DNA of 64,000 nucleotides. Origin: an uncultured Chroococcidiopsis sp. Lineage in GTDB: Bacteria; Cyanobacteriota; Cyanobacteriia; Cyanobacteriales; Chroococcidiopsidaceae. The DNA lies in NCBI GenBank assembly GCA_964248365.1, contig CAXTYC010000016.1, forward strand, positions 32,001 to 96,000. Direction: 5' to 3'. Below the pieces are notes generated by a model. The model was given only the letters and a program-made list of their open reading frames with translations, was not told where the DNA came from and did no database searches. Position numbers and translations under genes: made by a program. Below, piece by piece: positions 40,438 to 51,382 of the stretch. How positions within the stretch are numbered: position 1 is the first letter of the stretch; the number at the start of each line of letters is the position of its first letter.

Positions 40438-40950
40438 TTACAGACTTGCTGTTTTACCTGTTTGCGCTTGAGTTTCTATAGGCTTAACATCGGTATAACC
40501 CATCTCGCCAGCAATTGTTCGGAAAATTGAAATCTGCTCCTCAAATTCAAGTCCTTCAATTTGAGAAATTAGATTGTTAATTGCTTCGCTGGCGTTGTAG
40601 TCTTGAGGCATACCAACTACTGAGTTTCCCATTCCTTGCGCCCAAGCATACCAAACCATGAGCTGATTATTTTCTTTGATTGCTCCATAGGCATGAGAAT
40701 ATTCTGTATTCTCTCGGTTAACAATTTGTCGCATAATTGCCAGTTGCTCTTGATCTGACAATTCATAAAACTTTCCCATCAGCAGGGGTGCTAATTCAGG
40801 CTCGGTTGCAGCAGGAGCAGCTGGAGTAATTGAGTCTCCCATTTTTTTATAAACTAAATAAAACCAAGCAAGTTTGGCATCAGTATCTAAAGCATTGAAA
40901 CCTTGCACTACTTTCTGAGTTTCATCGGAAAGTGCTTGAGGACTATTCAT
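40438..40950 (-). CDS. Helical carotenoid protein (orange carotenoid protein N-terminal domain only)
   Basis: D.KLAW...MG.SITPAAP, EQLAIMR, Y..WY.WAQGM and EEQI..R...EMG; no C-terminal domain. Confidence 0.88.
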   Translation of the reverse strand: MNSPQALSDETQKVVQGFNALDTDAKLAWFYLVYKKMGDSITPAAPAATEPELAPLLMGKFYELSDQEQLAIMRQIVNRENTEYSHAYGAIKENNQLMVWYAWAQGMGNSVVGMPQDYNASEAINNLISQIEGLEFEEQISIFRTIAGEMGYTDVKPIETQAQTGKTASL

Positions 40951-41175
40951 AATTCATCTCCAGAGTAAATTCATACTATCAAGCTTAGGGTTATCAGAAT
41001 TGATAGATGCAAGTCGCCCTCCAATAGAGATAGTTTCCTCAACAAAATTTACTCCCCAAGATGTAGGAAGGTAGCGATTGTAGAGAGTTGAAAATCTATC
41101 TCAATGTGGTTATGAAGGCAGGCGTAGCTCTATAAGATTACAGCAATAATAAATAAATCTAAATAGGAGTTACTA

Positions 41176-41478
41176 ATGCCTGAAGAGATTAAGCCCAATG
41201 CCAATCAAGCTCCTACTCAAGATGCCCAACTAGCTGCTGAAAACATGAATAGTGGTCAAGAAGCAGTGCCAGCGGTAGATTTTGACGCAGACTATGAAGC
41301 AGCTCAACAATTTAGTATTAGTGATGTAGATCGCACAGGTGAAGGCGCAAAAGCAGCACAAAAAGCTACTGCTCCTGAACATCAATTGTCACAGCCAGAG
41401 GAGACAAGAACAGAAGCACAGCCTACAGGCGATCCTGCTGACTATATGGATATGGCAAAAGACGTTACTCATCAGTAG
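41176..41478 (+). CDS. Acidic hypothetical protein
   Basis: AGGAG RBS and DAQLAAE...VDFDADYEAAQQFS. Confidence 0.7.
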   Translation: MPEEIKPNANQAPTQDAQLAAENMNSGQEAVPAVDFDADYEAAQQFSISDVDRTGEGAKAAQKATAPEHQLSQPEETRTEAQPTGDPADYMDMAKDVTHQ

Positions 41479-41549
41479 TAGTGTGGGTCATCCCCACATT
41501 ACATATAATTCTTGTTCCCCTGCGATCGCATGAGAACACGACCTACCTG

Positions 41550-41628
41550 AAAAAAAAGAGACAGCCTTCAATGGGAGGATATCTGCGCATTTTCGAGGGA
41601 TCTTTTAAAAAGGCTGTCTCTTTTTTTT
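41550..41628. terminator. Bidirectional terminator-like inverted repeat
   Basis: A8-GAGACAGCCTT...AAGGCTGTCTC-T8 between convergent genes. Confidence 0.6.
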
Positions 41629-41672
41629 ATGTCGGATGGCTACTGGAAACGAGAAACTGCATAAATAAATAA

Positions 41673-41696
41673 TAGGGTGGGCATTGCCCACCCTAC
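41673..41696. repeat. REP palindrome
   Basis: TAGGGTGGGCATTGCCCACCCTAC; an identical core occurs at 59113-59139. Confidence 0.8.
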
Positions 41697-41741
41697 TGAT
41701 TTTTTACCACTTGACTATTTACACCTAATGTGTATCAAGGC

Positions 41742-42689
41742 TTATGTTAATGCCTGAGCCCCGCCAACAACCTCAAGAATTTCTTGGGTAATTGCGGCTT
41801 GCCGTGCCTTGTTATAGGAAAGGGTGAGCGTACCAATTAATTCGCTAGCGTTGTCACTGGCATTATTCATTGCCGTCATCCGCGCCGCTAATTCACTGGC
41901 TGCTGATTCTTGTAACGCCCTCAATAACTGGTTATTCAGGTATAGGGGCAAAAGAGCATCGAGAATCTGCACCGGATCTTGCTCGAAAAGCATATCTCGA
42001 GGAAAACTCCGCGTTGGGGTAGACACTTTTTGTCTTTCTACCTCAAATTCACCGCCTTTGGTAGTGAGGCGGAAGACTTCGTCATCGGCTGTTTCTAGAC
42101 CTTGAGCATCAAGTGGTAGTAGGGTTTGTACTACTGGTCGGGAACTAACCAGAGAGACGAATTTTGTATATACTAGCTCAATCCGGTCTACGCTTTCCGA
42201 CAGAAATAAGGAAAGAAGCTCATCAGCAATTCTGCTTGCTTCTGCTGCGGTAGGAATTTGCTCTAAACCTGTGTAGGTAGCGTCGATGGGCTGGTTGCGA
42301 CGTTGGAAGTACTGGTTAGCTTTGCGCCCAACTAGGATGTATTTGTAATCCAAGCCTTCGGCTTTTAGTTCGTTAGCACGGGCTTCAGCACGACGAATGA
42401 CATTGGTATTATAAGCGCCACACAAACCGCGATCGCCTGAAACTACCAATAAGCCGACTGAACGAACTTGCCGTTTTCGCAGTAATGGCAGGTCTGCGTC
42501 TTCAAACCGCAAACGACCTTGTAAATTGTATAGCACTTGCGCCAAGCGATCGGCAAAGGGGCGGGTAGCGATCACCTGTTGTTGGGCGCGACGCACCCTA
42601 GCAGCAGCCACTAGGCGCATTGCTTCTGTGATTTTTTGGGTATTTTTGACCGACCCAATGCGATCGCGTATTGCTTTGAGATTAGCCAT
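41742..42689 (-). CDS. atpG: ATP synthase F1 gamma subunit (cyanobacterial atpC)
   Basis: Motifs [18 protein letters not shown] and [10 protein letters not shown]. Confidence 0.97.
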   Translation of the reverse strand: MANLKAIRDRIGSVKNTQKITEAMRLVAAARVRRAQQQVIATRPFADRLAQVLYNLQGRLRFEDADLPLLRKRQVRSVGLLVVSGDRGLCGAYNTNVIRRAEARANELKAEGLDYKYILVGRKANQYFQRRNQPIDATYTGLEQIPTAAEASRIADELLSLFLSESVDRIELVYTKFVSLVSSRPVVQTLLPLDAQGLETADDEVFRLTTKGGEFEVERQKVSTPTRSFPRDMLFEQDPVQILDALLPLYLNNQLLRALQESAASELAARMTAMNNASDNASELIGTLTLSYNKARQAAITQEILEVVGGAQALT

Positions 42690-42691
42690 AG

Positions 42692-42770
42692 TTTTGTCCT
42701 TAGTCTTTTGTCCTTAGTCTTTTGTCCTTAGTCTTTTCTTTTGACAAATGACCAAGGACAAATGACAAGT
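42692..42770. repeat. Empty inverted pair of TTTGTCC/GACAAAT-type arrays
   Basis: (TTTTGTCCTTAGTC)x3 followed by GACAAATGACCAAGGACAAATGAC. Confidence 0.75.
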
Positions 42771-42776
42771 GACGAT

Positions 42777-44294
42777 TTATGCTGTTGCCATGAAGGTTTG
42801 CTTGTACTCAGTGATCGCTTCTTTCAACAGCTTTTCGGCTTCGTCATTCAGTTGCTTTTCGTTGCGGACAATATCGACATATTGCTGCTTGCTGGTTTGC
42901 AAGTATTCCCGCAGCCCTCTAGCGAAGGTGGTGACTTTTTCTGTTGGAATTTCATCTAGATAGCCGTTAAGACCAGCGTACAGAACTGCTACTTGCTCAT
43001 ATACAGCTAGAGGCGAGTACTGGGGCTGCTTGAGCAGTTCGCGTAACCGTTCACCCCGCGCTAGCTGATCTTGTGTCGCTTTATCCAAGTCGGAAGCAAA
43101 CTGAGCAAATGCTTGCAGGTCGTCAAACTGGGCTAATTCCAGCTTCAATTTCCCAGCTACTTTTTTCATCGCCTTGGTTTGCGCTGCCGAACCTACCCGC
43201 GACACCGAGATACCTGGGTTTACCGCCGGACGCAGACCAGAGTTAAACAAGTCGGAAGACAAGAAGATCTGACCATCCGTGATCGAAATCACGTTGGTAG
43301 GAATGTAAGCAGATACGTCACCTGCTTGGGTTTCAATAATTGGCAGGGCGGTCATACTGCCTTCACCCAGTTCATTACTCAATTTAGCGGCACGTTCTAG
43401 TAAGCGAGAGTGGAGGTAGAACACGTCGCCTGGGTAAGCTTCCCGACCAGGCGGACGACGCAGCAGCAGGGACATTTGGCGATAAGCTGCGGCTTGCTTA
43501 GATAAGTCGTCATAAATTACCAAGGTAGCTTTGCCCTTGTACATGAAGTACTCAGCCATTGTTGCCCCAGTGTATGGCGACAAGTACTGGAGGGTAGCAG
43601 GTTCGTTGGCATTAGCAGCAACGACTATTGTGTAGTCCATCGCTCCCTTTTCCCCGAGGACGTTGACTACGTTAGCGACCGTAGAAGCCTTTTGACCAAT
43701 GGCGACGTAGACGCAGATTACATCTCCGCCCTTTTGGTTGATGATAGTGTCTATAGCGATCGAAGTTTTACCAGTTTGGCGATCGCCGATAATTAGTTCT
43801 CGCTGACCTCTACCAACTGGAATCATCGCGTCAATAGCTGTAATTCCTGTTTGCATCGGTTCGTAAACAGAACGACGCGACACAATTCCTGGTGCTGGAG
43901 ATTCAATCAAACGAGTTTCCCCTGTGTTGATGTCTCCCTTACCATCAATGGCGCGACCCAGGGCATCCACCACCCGCCCAATCATGGCATCTCCCACTGG
44001 AACCTGGGCAATTTTCCCAGTAGCGGTGACAGAACTACCTTCTTGAATGTGAAGCCCTTCGCCCATTAGCACTGCGCCTACGTTGTCTTCTTCCAAGTTC
44101 AAGGCGATGCCAACTGTGCCGTCTTCAAACTCCAATAGTTCTCCCGCCATGACTTTTTCTAAGCCATAAATCCGGGCAATACCATCACCTACTTGCAATA
44201 CTGTGCCGACGTTAGCAACTTTAACTTCTTGGCTGTATTGCTCAATTTGCTGCTGAATAATGCTGCTGATTTCGTCTGGTCTAATGCTGATCAT
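42777..44294 (-). CDS. atpA: ATP synthase F1 alpha subunit
   Basis: Motifs GDRQTGKT and [21 protein letters not shown]. Confidence 0.98.
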   Translation of the reverse strand: MISIRPDEISSIIQQQIEQYSQEVKVANVGTVLQVGDGIARIYGLEKVMAGELLEFEDGTVGIALNLEEDNVGAVLMGEGLHIQEGSSVTATGKIAQVPVGDAMIGRVVDALGRAIDGKGDINTGETRLIESPAPGIVSRRSVYEPMQTGITAIDAMIPVGRGQRELIIGDRQTGKTSIAIDTIINQKGGDVICVYVAIGQKASTVANVVNVLGEKGAMDYTIVVAANANEPATLQYLSPYTGATMAEYFMYKGKATLVIYDDLSKQAAAYRQMSLLLRRPPGREAYPGDVFYLHSRLLERAAKLSNELGEGSMTALPIIETQAGDVSAYIPTNVISITDGQIFLSSDLFNSGLRPAVNPGISVSRVGSAAQTKAMKKVAGKLKLELAQFDDLQAFAQFASDLDKATQDQLARGERLRELLKQPQYSPLAVYEQVAVLYAGLNGYLDEIPTEKVTTFARGLREYLQTSKQQYVDIVRNEKQLNDEAEKLLKEAITEYKQTFMATA

Positions 44295-44477
44295 GGTAAC
44301 TGTTTGTTTTTAAGGAATTAAGGATGGGGGAAAGGATGAAGGATGAAGGGTAAAGGGTAAAGGGTAAAGGGTAAAGGTAATTCGTAATTCGTAATTCGTA
44401 ATTAATTATTCTCCCCTGCTCCCCTGCTCCCCTCTCCCCCCTATCCCCAGAGGGGACCCCGAGTCCCCCCTGCCTCT

Positions 44478-45029
44478 TTATGTGCCACTGGTTAAGCGCA
44501 GGGAAAGGCGACGCAGTTGCCCTTTGATGCTAGCATCAACGACCTGAGAGCCTACTTTAATGATCACACCACCAATTAAGTCTCGATCGATCTTTGTTTC
44601 TAGTTCAACAGAGCGGGCATTAGTCATGGCTACAACGCGATCGCGTACAGCCTGCTGCTGTTCTTCTGTGAGTTCTATGGCTGAGGTGACTTCAGCCAAA
44701 ACAGTTTGATTCAACGAGCGCAACTGATTTAGGAACTGCTGACAAATTCCTTCTAGCAACAATATACGTCGCCGATCTACTAACAGCATCAAGAAATTGC
44801 GAATAGAGGGATTAACGTCTTCACCCAGCACTCGCCCTAACACAGCCTTTTTATCTTCTGGCTTGATGAAGGGATTAGCGAGAAAATCTCGAAATTGCTC
44901 TGATGATTGTAGTAGATTGAGTATGGAACGCATCTGTTCACCAAACTGTTCTGTTTGATTTTGTTTGCTGGCTACAGACATTAGTGCTTGTGCGTATGGA
45001 TCTACTACTTTTTCATTTACTGCTTTCAT
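44478..45029 (-). CDS. atpH: ATP synthase delta subunit (cyanobacterial atpD)
   Basis: Motifs PYAQAL and [17 protein letters not shown]; operon position. Confidence 0.95.
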   Translation of the reverse strand: MKAVNEKVVDPYAQALMSVASKQNQTEQFGEQMRSILNLLQSSEQFRDFLANPFIKPEDKKAVLGRVLGEDVNPSIRNFLMLLVDRRRILLLEGICQQFLNQLRSLNQTVLAEVTSAIELTEEQQQAVRDRVVAMTNARSVELETKIDRDLIGGVIIKVGSQVVDASIKGQLRRLSLRLTSGT

Positions 45030-45589
45030 CGACTTCCTCCCAGTAGCGCAATACTGCGGTCAATTAATTTTTGTTGAGTAGCGTCATCTACCCCCTGTTG
45101 CAATTGGGATTCGACTTTTTCTAATGCCATAGCGACTACCCTGGCTCGCAGCGAAGCGATCGCTCTTTCTCTTTCTGAGTTCAAATCTTGGCTAGCTGTT
45201 TCTTGCAACCGTTGAATGTCTGTTGCTACCTGTGACAAAATGTTTTCTCTTGCTTTTTGAGCGCTATCATCGGCGTTCTTACGGATTCTTTCAGCTTCTG
45301 CTTGGGCTGAAGCCAAGTTTTGCTGCTGCTTTTGTAGTGCTGCTGCTGCTTCGGCTGCGCGTTTTTCTGCCGCTACAATTTCTGTCTCAATTCTTTCACG
45401 GCGATCGCTCAAGGTTTTACCCACTACTTTGCGCCCGAAAAATACCAGCACACCAACCAGAATGGCAAGATTAATCAGGTTTGTTTCTAAAATATCGAAA
45501 TTAAAACCAAACCCGCCCTCTTCTGTTGTCTCTGCCACTTCTGCCACGAAACTGCTAGCTTTTGTCACCAACCATAAAAAACTTCCCAT
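45026..45589 (-). CDS. atpF: ATP synthase subunit b
   Basis: [10 protein letters not shown] followed by a coiled coil. Confidence 0.95.
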   Translation of the reverse strand: MGSFLWLVTKASSFVAEVAETTEEGGFGFNFDILETNLINLAILVGVLVFFGRKVVGKTLSDRRERIETEIVAAEKRAAEAAAALQKQQQNLASAQAEAERIRKNADDSAQKARENILSQVATDIQRLQETASQDLNSERERAIASLRARVVAMALEKVESQLQQGVDDATQQKLIDRSIALLGGSR

Positions 45590-45779
45590 CTTAACCCATC
45601 CACAATTGCGCTGCTGATTTAAAAGCTAAAAGCTGTTAGCTGTTAGCAATTAGCTGTTAGCAATTAGCTGTTAGTATATCTTCTTTGTTTCTAGCTTTTT
45701 TGGAGCTTTAATACGAGAGCGTCTCAATGAGTGTTGCTAATTGCTAAACGCTAAAAGCTAATGACTAAACGCTCGCCTA

Positions 45780-46214
45780 CTAGCGTTGTACCAGTTCAGT
45801 TCCTAACAGTTTCTCCAGCATCTGGCGACCCAGTGCATCTACCTGTTGCTGCAACGAAACCATAGCTTGCTCTTTTTGCTGCTCTATTTCCCTCGCTGCT
45901 TGTTCTCTTTGTGCTTGTGCCTCTTTTTGTGCAACTGCTATTTTTTCTGCCGCCATCTTTTGGGCTGCTGCTTGAGCTTCGGCAACAATTTTTTGCGACT
46001 GCCTGCGAGCGTCTGCTAGCTGCTGCTGATATTCTTGAGTCAATCGCTCAGCTTTTGCCAAACGTTCGCGCGCCTCAAGATTATTCGTTCGGATGTAATT
46101 ATCGCGCTCGTCCAGCACCTTTGTCAGTGGCTTATAAAAAATTACATTCAACAAGGCTGCCAACAGTAGGAACTGCAATGCCATCACGGGCAAGGTAGCA
46201 TCGAAATCAAACAT
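45780..46214 (-). CDS. atpF2: ATP synthase subunit b' (cyanobacterial atpG)
   Basis: MFDFDATLP...FYKPL. Confidence 0.95.
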   Translation of the reverse strand: MFDFDATLPVMALQFLLLAALLNVIFYKPLTKVLDERDNYIRTNNLEARERLAKAERLTQEYQQQLADARRQSQKIVAEAQAAAQKMAAEKIAVAQKEAQAQREQAAREIEQQKEQAMVSLQQQVDALGRQMLEKLLGTELVQR

Positions 46215-46343
46215 TTCTCTCCTCTGTGGCTGTAATAACAGTTTTCATGGCAAGCCAAATCATCTTACCTTTCATATTTCTAGAATCTTGATCGCCAACA
46301 AGGGTCAACCCATTAGAATGACTCTAATCAAAACACATTCGAG

Positions 46344-46373
46344 AGTAGAGGCGTTTCATGGAACGTCTCTACT
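46344..46373. repeat. GTAGAG-type short palindrome (REP-like)
   Basis: AGTAGAGGCGTTTCATGGAACGTCTCTACT; relatives occur inside queA (8251) and the DUF3326 gene (16015). Confidence 0.7.
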
Positions 46374-46386
46374 GCAAAATCAGGTT

Positions 46387-46677
<291 letters not shown>

Positions 46678-46782
46678 TTAACTAGCAAATACGTGTTTTT
46701 CACGCTGCACCAAGTTCTAACATCGCGCTTGCGACGCATTGAGCCAAGATGCGTGGGATAATAATGCCATCAACCTCGCGCT

Positions 46783-47553
46783 TTAAGCAGGTAAATGCTC
46801 ATCATGCTCTCCTTCACCATGCCCTTCCATTGCCTCATGGATATAGGCGGCGGCTAAGGTTGCAAAAACTAGAGCTTGAATAGCACTGGTAAACAAACCC
46901 AAAGCCATCACTGGCAGAGGTACAAACAGGGGAACTAGTAGAACCAGCACCGCCACCACGAGTTCATCCGCCAAAATGTTGCCAAATAGTCGGAAGCTTA
47001 GCGAAAGAGGCTTGGTGAAATCTTCTAGAATTGCGATCGGCAATAGGATTGGTGTCGGTTCTATATACTTCTTGAAGTAGCCCAAACCGCGTTTGCTAAA
47101 ACCTGCGTAAAAGTACGCTAAAGAAGTCAGCAACGCCAATGCTACTGTCGTATTGATGTCATTAGTGGGAGCAGCTAGTTCACCTCCTGGCAGCTTGAGC
47201 AGCCGCCAAGGAACTAAAGCACCCGACCAATTCGATACGAAGATAAACAAAAACAGTGTGCCGATAAATGGCACCCAGGGTCGGTACTCCTTCTCACCAA
47301 TCTGGTTTCTGGTCAAATCCCGAATAAATTCCAGAGCATATTCCATTAAATTTTGGATGCCTCTGGGAATTCTCTGGCTGTTCCGAGTAGCAGCAACAGA
47401 CGCCACTACTAAAATTCCAATTACAAACCATGAGGTGAGAAAAACTTGCCCATGTAGTTTGAGATTGCCCAATTGCCAGTAAAAATGATGACCTACTTCC
47501 AATGCGGCAAGGGGAAAAGATTTAAAGGAGTTTAAGACACTAAGCATTTGCAT
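46783..47553 (-). CDS. atpB: ATP synthase subunit a (cyanobacterial atpI)
   Basis: Motifs [21 protein letters not shown] and IQALVF. Confidence 0.97.
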   Translation of the reverse strand: MQMLSVLNSFKSFPLAALEVGHHFYWQLGNLKLHGQVFLTSWFVIGILVVASVAATRNSQRIPRGIQNLMEYALEFIRDLTRNQIGEKEYRPWVPFIGTLFLFIFVSNWSGALVPWRLLKLPGGELAAPTNDINTTVALALLTSLAYFYAGFSKRGLGYFKKYIEPTPILLPIAILEDFTKPLSLSFRLFGNILADELVVAVLVLLVPLFVPLPVMALGLFTSAIQALVFATLAAAYIHEAMEGHGEGEHDEHLPA

Positions 47554-47607
47554 TCAAGCAGTTTCCCCAAAAAGGAAAATTGGAGGATTGTTTTTGTGAA
47601 GCCCAAC

Positions 47608-48051
47608 TTATTTAGAGTCAGGAATGAACGCAGTTTGCACCATGTAGACGATGAGTGTGGCTTTGTAAGTAAGAAATCCCAAGAATATGGGCATAATCTG
47701 TAGTTGACTCCATTGAGTTGCCACTACAATTAACAAAATAAACAGAGCAAAACGTGATTTGCTCAGTTGCTTTTTTTCATTACCCAGCCGCTCAACGTCT
47801 TTAGCCAACATTCTCAAGTAAACCACACCTGTGCACGCCCCGATCAAATAGTTCAGGGCAATGTTGAGTGAGTAAAAAATCCACACACAGATAAAAATAA
47901 TCCCTGTCAATACAAGGGTTATTGTCAACAACTGCCCAGAGAGTTGATGAAACTCTTGCATTGATCTAGTTGTTTGGGAGGTAGCAGAACCAGGTTGAGA
48001 ATTTACCCCAGTTTCCAGTGTGTGTTGAGTCGATTCGTCTGACAAGTTCAC
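47608..48051 (-). CDS. atpI: ATP synthase protein I (atp1)
   Basis: Motifs [10 protein letters not shown] and FLGFLTYKA; first gene of the operon. Confidence 0.92.
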   Translation of the reverse strand: MNLSDESTQHTLETGVNSQPGSATSQTTRSMQEFHQLSGQLLTITLVLTGIIFICVWIFYSLNIALNYLIGACTGVVYLRMLAKDVERLGNEKKQLSKSRFALFILLIVVATQWSQLQIMPIFLGFLTYKATLIVYMVQTAFIPDSK

Positions 48052-48141
48052 AAAACTCGCAAACCAGCGCAGCTAATTGTTTCAGCTCAGATGAGCCACG
48101 TAAAATCATAGCACGTTGAGGTAACAATACTTAAAAAAAAG

Positions 48142-49347
48142 TTACCTTGGTGTCAGCAAAATTAGTTGTCCTCGTTGAAGACTTCGCACCCAATCCAATC
48201 CCAACTGCACAACAGTTAAGATTTCTCCCACTGTTGCTTTACCATCACAGGCTTGCAAAAACTCGAATTCTGGTTCTGATAAGTTAACAATCTGATAATC
48301 GTAGTTAAACAGACACCGACTGGGAAAGCCATCGATACAAGGGTTACGTTCAGGAATGGCTGCTAAAAGTGCTGCATCCGCTGACCAATCAGCTTTCGGT
48401 AGGGGTGGACGACCTAGAAAGAACTCGTAATGAGTGACTTCTGGATCTAATAGTTCGATTAAGCGATATGCTTGGCGTTGGGCTTTGCCCTTGCCTTCGG
48501 CATCGCTTAATCCTTTTGCCCGTTCTATCAAGCTTGGATCTTTACCCAAAAGTCGCTCTAGCTGCCAAAAAGTTGGATTCGAGAAACCAATAAAATCCAA
48601 TCGAGAAGCGTCTATTAATTCAAAAAGTGTGTCGATATTGTAGTCAATCTCTTGGGGATGAACATACATATCAGCAAAGCATTCATCCCGATGATTTTCT
48701 AAAGACCAGCGTTCTTTTTCGCGCTTGACAATTCGATTCTTTTCTGGTAAAGAAGCAAATAGTTTACGACCGAGTTGAACGCCATCCTGGTAGTCGCCGC
48801 GCTTGTCACCTTGGAGAAGAGCGATCGCCTGCTGCATCAGCTTAATTTCCCAGCGTCCCAATTCTCCATATACAAAGATATGCATCAATCCGCCTGGAGC
48901 TAACTTTGTCGCCAGAGACTGAATACCACGAATTGGATCGGGTAAATGGTGCAGCACACCGACACAATTAATTAAATCAAATTCACCTGGAAGTTGGTCT
49001 ACATCGTATAGGCTGAGGTGATGGAATTCAACGCGATTAGCCCCAGATCTTTGACAGCGTTCTTTTGCTACTGCCAAAGTACCAGCACTCAAATCAATTC
49101 CGACGACATGAGCTTGGGGATTGAGATGGACTAAATATTCAGTACTTACCCCAGAACCACAGCCAGCATCGAGAATGCGAATATCTTGTTTTTGGGGTTT
49201 TTGTCCGGTGCAAAAATTATAGGCGGCTTGCCAATTCCAGCGCCAGTTGTAGCCTGGGGGTGGCTCGTCTAGTATTGGTTCGGGAGGAAACGGGTAAGTA
49301 TCGTAGAGTTTAGCAACAGCAGCACTGACTGCTTGAGGATCTGACAT
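48142..49347 (-). CDS. Class I SAM-dependent methyltransferase
   Basis: Motifs YDTYPFPP, ILDAGCGSG, CVGVLHH and FADMYVHPQE. ATG at 49347. Confidence 0.88.
   Translation of the reverse strand: MSDPQAVSAAVAKLYDTYPFPPEPILDEPPPGYNWRWNWQAAYNFCTGQKPQKQDIRILDAGCGSGVSTEYLVHLNPQAHVVGIDLSAGTLAVAKERCQRSGANRVEFHHLSLYDVDQLPGEFDLINCVGVLHHLPDPIRGIQSLATKLAPGGLMHIFVYGELGRWEIKLMQQAIALLQGDKRGDYQDGVQLGRKLFASLPEKNRIVKREKERWSLENHRDECFADMYVHPQEIDYNIDTLFELIDASRLDFIGFSNPTFWQLERLLGKDPSLIERAKGLSDAEGKGKAQRQAYRLIELLDPEVTHYEFFLGRPPLPKADWSADAALLAAIPERNPCIDGFPSRCLFNYDYQIVNLSEPEFEFLQACDGKATVGEILTVVQLGLDWVRSLQRGQLILLTPR
48478..48501. mobile_element. 24-bp small dispersed repeat inserted into a HIP1 site (SDR5-like)
   Basis: GCG[TTGGGCTTTGCCCTTGCCTTCGGC]ATCGC. 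Removing the bracketed bases restores GCGATCGC and keeps the frame. Confidence 0.75.
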
Positions 49348-49415
49348 GGTGGGCAATAATGGCAGCATCAAGTAGTGTAGCGAATGTTTTGTCACTAGGG
49401 CTATGTTCCCAAGTC

Positions 49416-49541
49416 AGCCAGAGAATGAATTCTCTGGCTAATAACGAAAGTCCACTTAAGTGGACTAAATACAGCTAGTTTTACAGCAGTCCTCTTGAGA
49501 GGACTTCAGCTATTAGCTGTGCGATTTGAATCGCTGGCGGG
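49416..49541. repeat. Four-hairpin dispersed repeat (REP/PATE-like)
   Basis: AGCCAGAGAATGAATTCTCTGGCT, AGTCCACTTAAGTGGACT, AGTCCTCTTGAGAGGACT, AGCTATTAGC and GCGATTTGAATCGC. Confidence 0.75.
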
Positions 49542-49864
49542 AAAGGTGCTTGCGTTACATTCAAGGAATTCCTCCTTTTAAAGTAACAAAAGCCAATCTG
49601 GGGCGGTTCGCGCTTAATTTATAACTTGCTTTAAAAACAATGTTATTAACTACATATCTGCTAGTGAACTATTAGTTAAATTCCTGCATGGTTTGGGGAA
49701 CACTATGAATAGGCATATTAGTTGCCTGTAATTAGTTGAATCAATAGTTATACCAGATCTTTATGACTACGCCAAAGACGATCGCCCCAAGGGGATCTGA
49801 ATCTGTGCAAGGACAAACAGAATTGGTATTAGACCTGCTAATAGTTATTCGTGAGCTTTGAAAT

Positions 49865-50032
49865 ATGTGGATCGTATTCGATTGGTTATTCGGGCTGGCT
49901 GGGTTGTTTTGGAACTTATGGAACCGTTTACCTGAGAAAGCAAAACGTGAAATTATTGAAGCAATTATTAAAGCAATGGAAGAGCTACTTCGTGCTTTCT
50001 ATAGAAATACAAGAGCAAAAGAGGAAAATTAA
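49865..50032 (+). CDS. 55-aa Trp-rich amphipathic small protein
   Basis: MWIVFDWLFGLAGLFWNLWNRLPEKAKREIIEAIIKAMEELLRAFYRNTRAKEEN*; it ends 2 bp before the next ATG. Confidence 0.5.
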   Translation: MWIVFDWLFGLAGLFWNLWNRLPEKAKREIIEAIIKAMEELLRAFYRNTRAKEEN

Positions 50033-50034
50033 GA

Positions 50035-50355
50035 ATGAGTAGCTTCAAAGAATTTATGAATAAAGCTCAAGAGTTGTCAAATCAAGCTTTACCATCATCA
50101 AACATATCTCTTGCAAGTATCCAAACTTCTCTAGCAACGTCGATTAATGGAATTTCGTCATTATTTCTTATGCCTGATGAAGAACAAAAGTTTTCAGAAG
50201 AGGTATCCAGGCTAGTTCAGAACGAAGCTTTTCTCTCTGAGTTTAGCGATCAAATTGGTGAGCCACTACAAAATGAGTCTGAAGATGAATTTGTGGGGCG
50301 CGGTAGTGATGTACTGAGAAAAATGCTATATAAGCGGTTTGGCATCAAAGGTTAG
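50035..50355 (+). CDS. Hypothetical protein
   Basis: 106-aa ORF with a GAGG RBS and an acidic C-terminal helical region. Confidence 0.6.
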   Translation: MSSFKEFMNKAQELSNQALPSSNISLASIQTSLATSINGISSLFLMPDEEQKFSEEVSRLVQNEAFLSEFSDQIGEPLQNESEDEFVGRGSDVLRKMLYKRFGIKG

Positions 50356-50473
50356 GCTCAGTTAATTTAGCAAACTTGTCTACTTATAATCGTGCTGTAA
50401 CAGACGGATGAGTAATTGTTCGATCTGAGATCGAAAACAGGAAATGAGGTTGTATCTTTCCTAGCAAGCATTA

Positions 50474-50674
50474 CTAAATAGACTGCCCGTTCATCAGCTC
50501 GTACAAATCTGGTTCATCTGACAAAAAATCAAAAGCTTCGCTGTTTTGAGCAAGCTTCATTATTTCAAGGGTTGTTGGATACGATGCATCCCAAAATAGT
50601 TTTGTTTCTAAAAGCGTTTCCTCTTTTGAGAGTGAGAAGATCGCTTGTAGCAATTCAATCAGCTTAGTGTTCAT
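50474..50674 (-). CDS. Small hypothetical protein, antitoxin-like and possibly degenerate
   Basis: MNTKLIELLQAIFSLSKEE...AFDFLSDEPDLY resembles small cyanobacterial TA-associated proteins. Confidence 0.45.
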   Translation of the reverse strand: MNTKLIELLQAIFSLSKEETLLETKLFWDASYPTTLEIMKLAQNSEAFDFLSDEPDLYELMNGQSI

Positions 50675-50838
50675 TTCTCTGTTGCGTAGAGGCAATATTT
50701 ATTCCAAAATTACTCGATAGTCTTTGCTAGTTGAATTGCGAAGCGACTCATCTCCTTTGACACTAACGAATGAACTTTTATGCATCTGGCACTATTGGAA
50801 ACAGACAAACGATCCAAATCTGATATTACACTCCACCT

Positions 50839-51108
50839 AGGGAATTCGAGTGGAATGAAGAAAAAGCAGCGTCCAATTTGTTGAAGCATAGAGTCTCATT
50901 TGAGGAAGCTAAGACTGTTTTTGACGATCCGCTTTATGTCGATTTTTACGATCCAGACCGCTCTTACGATGAAGATCGTTACATTATCATTGGAGAGTCT
51001 GTGCAGGGTCGTTTGTTGCTTGTGTCGTACACAGAACGAGGCAATGCAATTCGGCTAATTAGTGCAATTGTGACACGAATGGAGCGAGAAGCTTATGAAG
51101 AGGGATGA
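50839..51108 (+). pseudogene. BrnT family toxin, probably inactivated
   Basis: Reads (R)EFEWNEEKAASNLLKHRVSFEEA..VFDDP...EDRY..IG. AGG replaces the expected ATG, an in-frame TGA lies at 50821, and ISAR has become ISAI. Confidence 0.75.
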
Positions 51109-51322
51109 GACGGAAAGATCAGATGAGCTTCGACCAGAGTACGATTTGCGGAGTTTGCAGGTTAGGAAGGTTGGTTCTGGGCGGAAAAGTTTCGGCGAGA
51201 CGACAATTCGGCTAGATCCTGACTCTGCATCCGTCTTTCCAGATACAGAGTCAGTAAATGAGGCACTCCGATTTTTAATCAGGATTGCGAAGGAAAATAA
51301 GACGTGGCTTCCTAGAAGATGA
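51095..51322 (+). CDS. BrnA-like antitoxin
   Basis: DELRPEYDL...IRLDPD...FPDTESVNEALR; overlaps the 3' end of brnT. Confidence 0.75.
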   Translation: MKRDETERSDELRPEYDLRSLQVRKVGSGRKSFGETTIRLDPDSASVFPDTESVNEALRFLIRIAKENKTWLPRR

Positions 51323-51382
51323 AATCACGCCGTACCAGAGATTCTACTAGCTTAGTGTTCATATCTATGATTTTTAGGGATA

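Noticed and set aside
49851..50042. 63-aa GTG-started ORF from the track
   Set aside because: The overlapping ATG frame 49865-50032 gives a more protein-like sequence.
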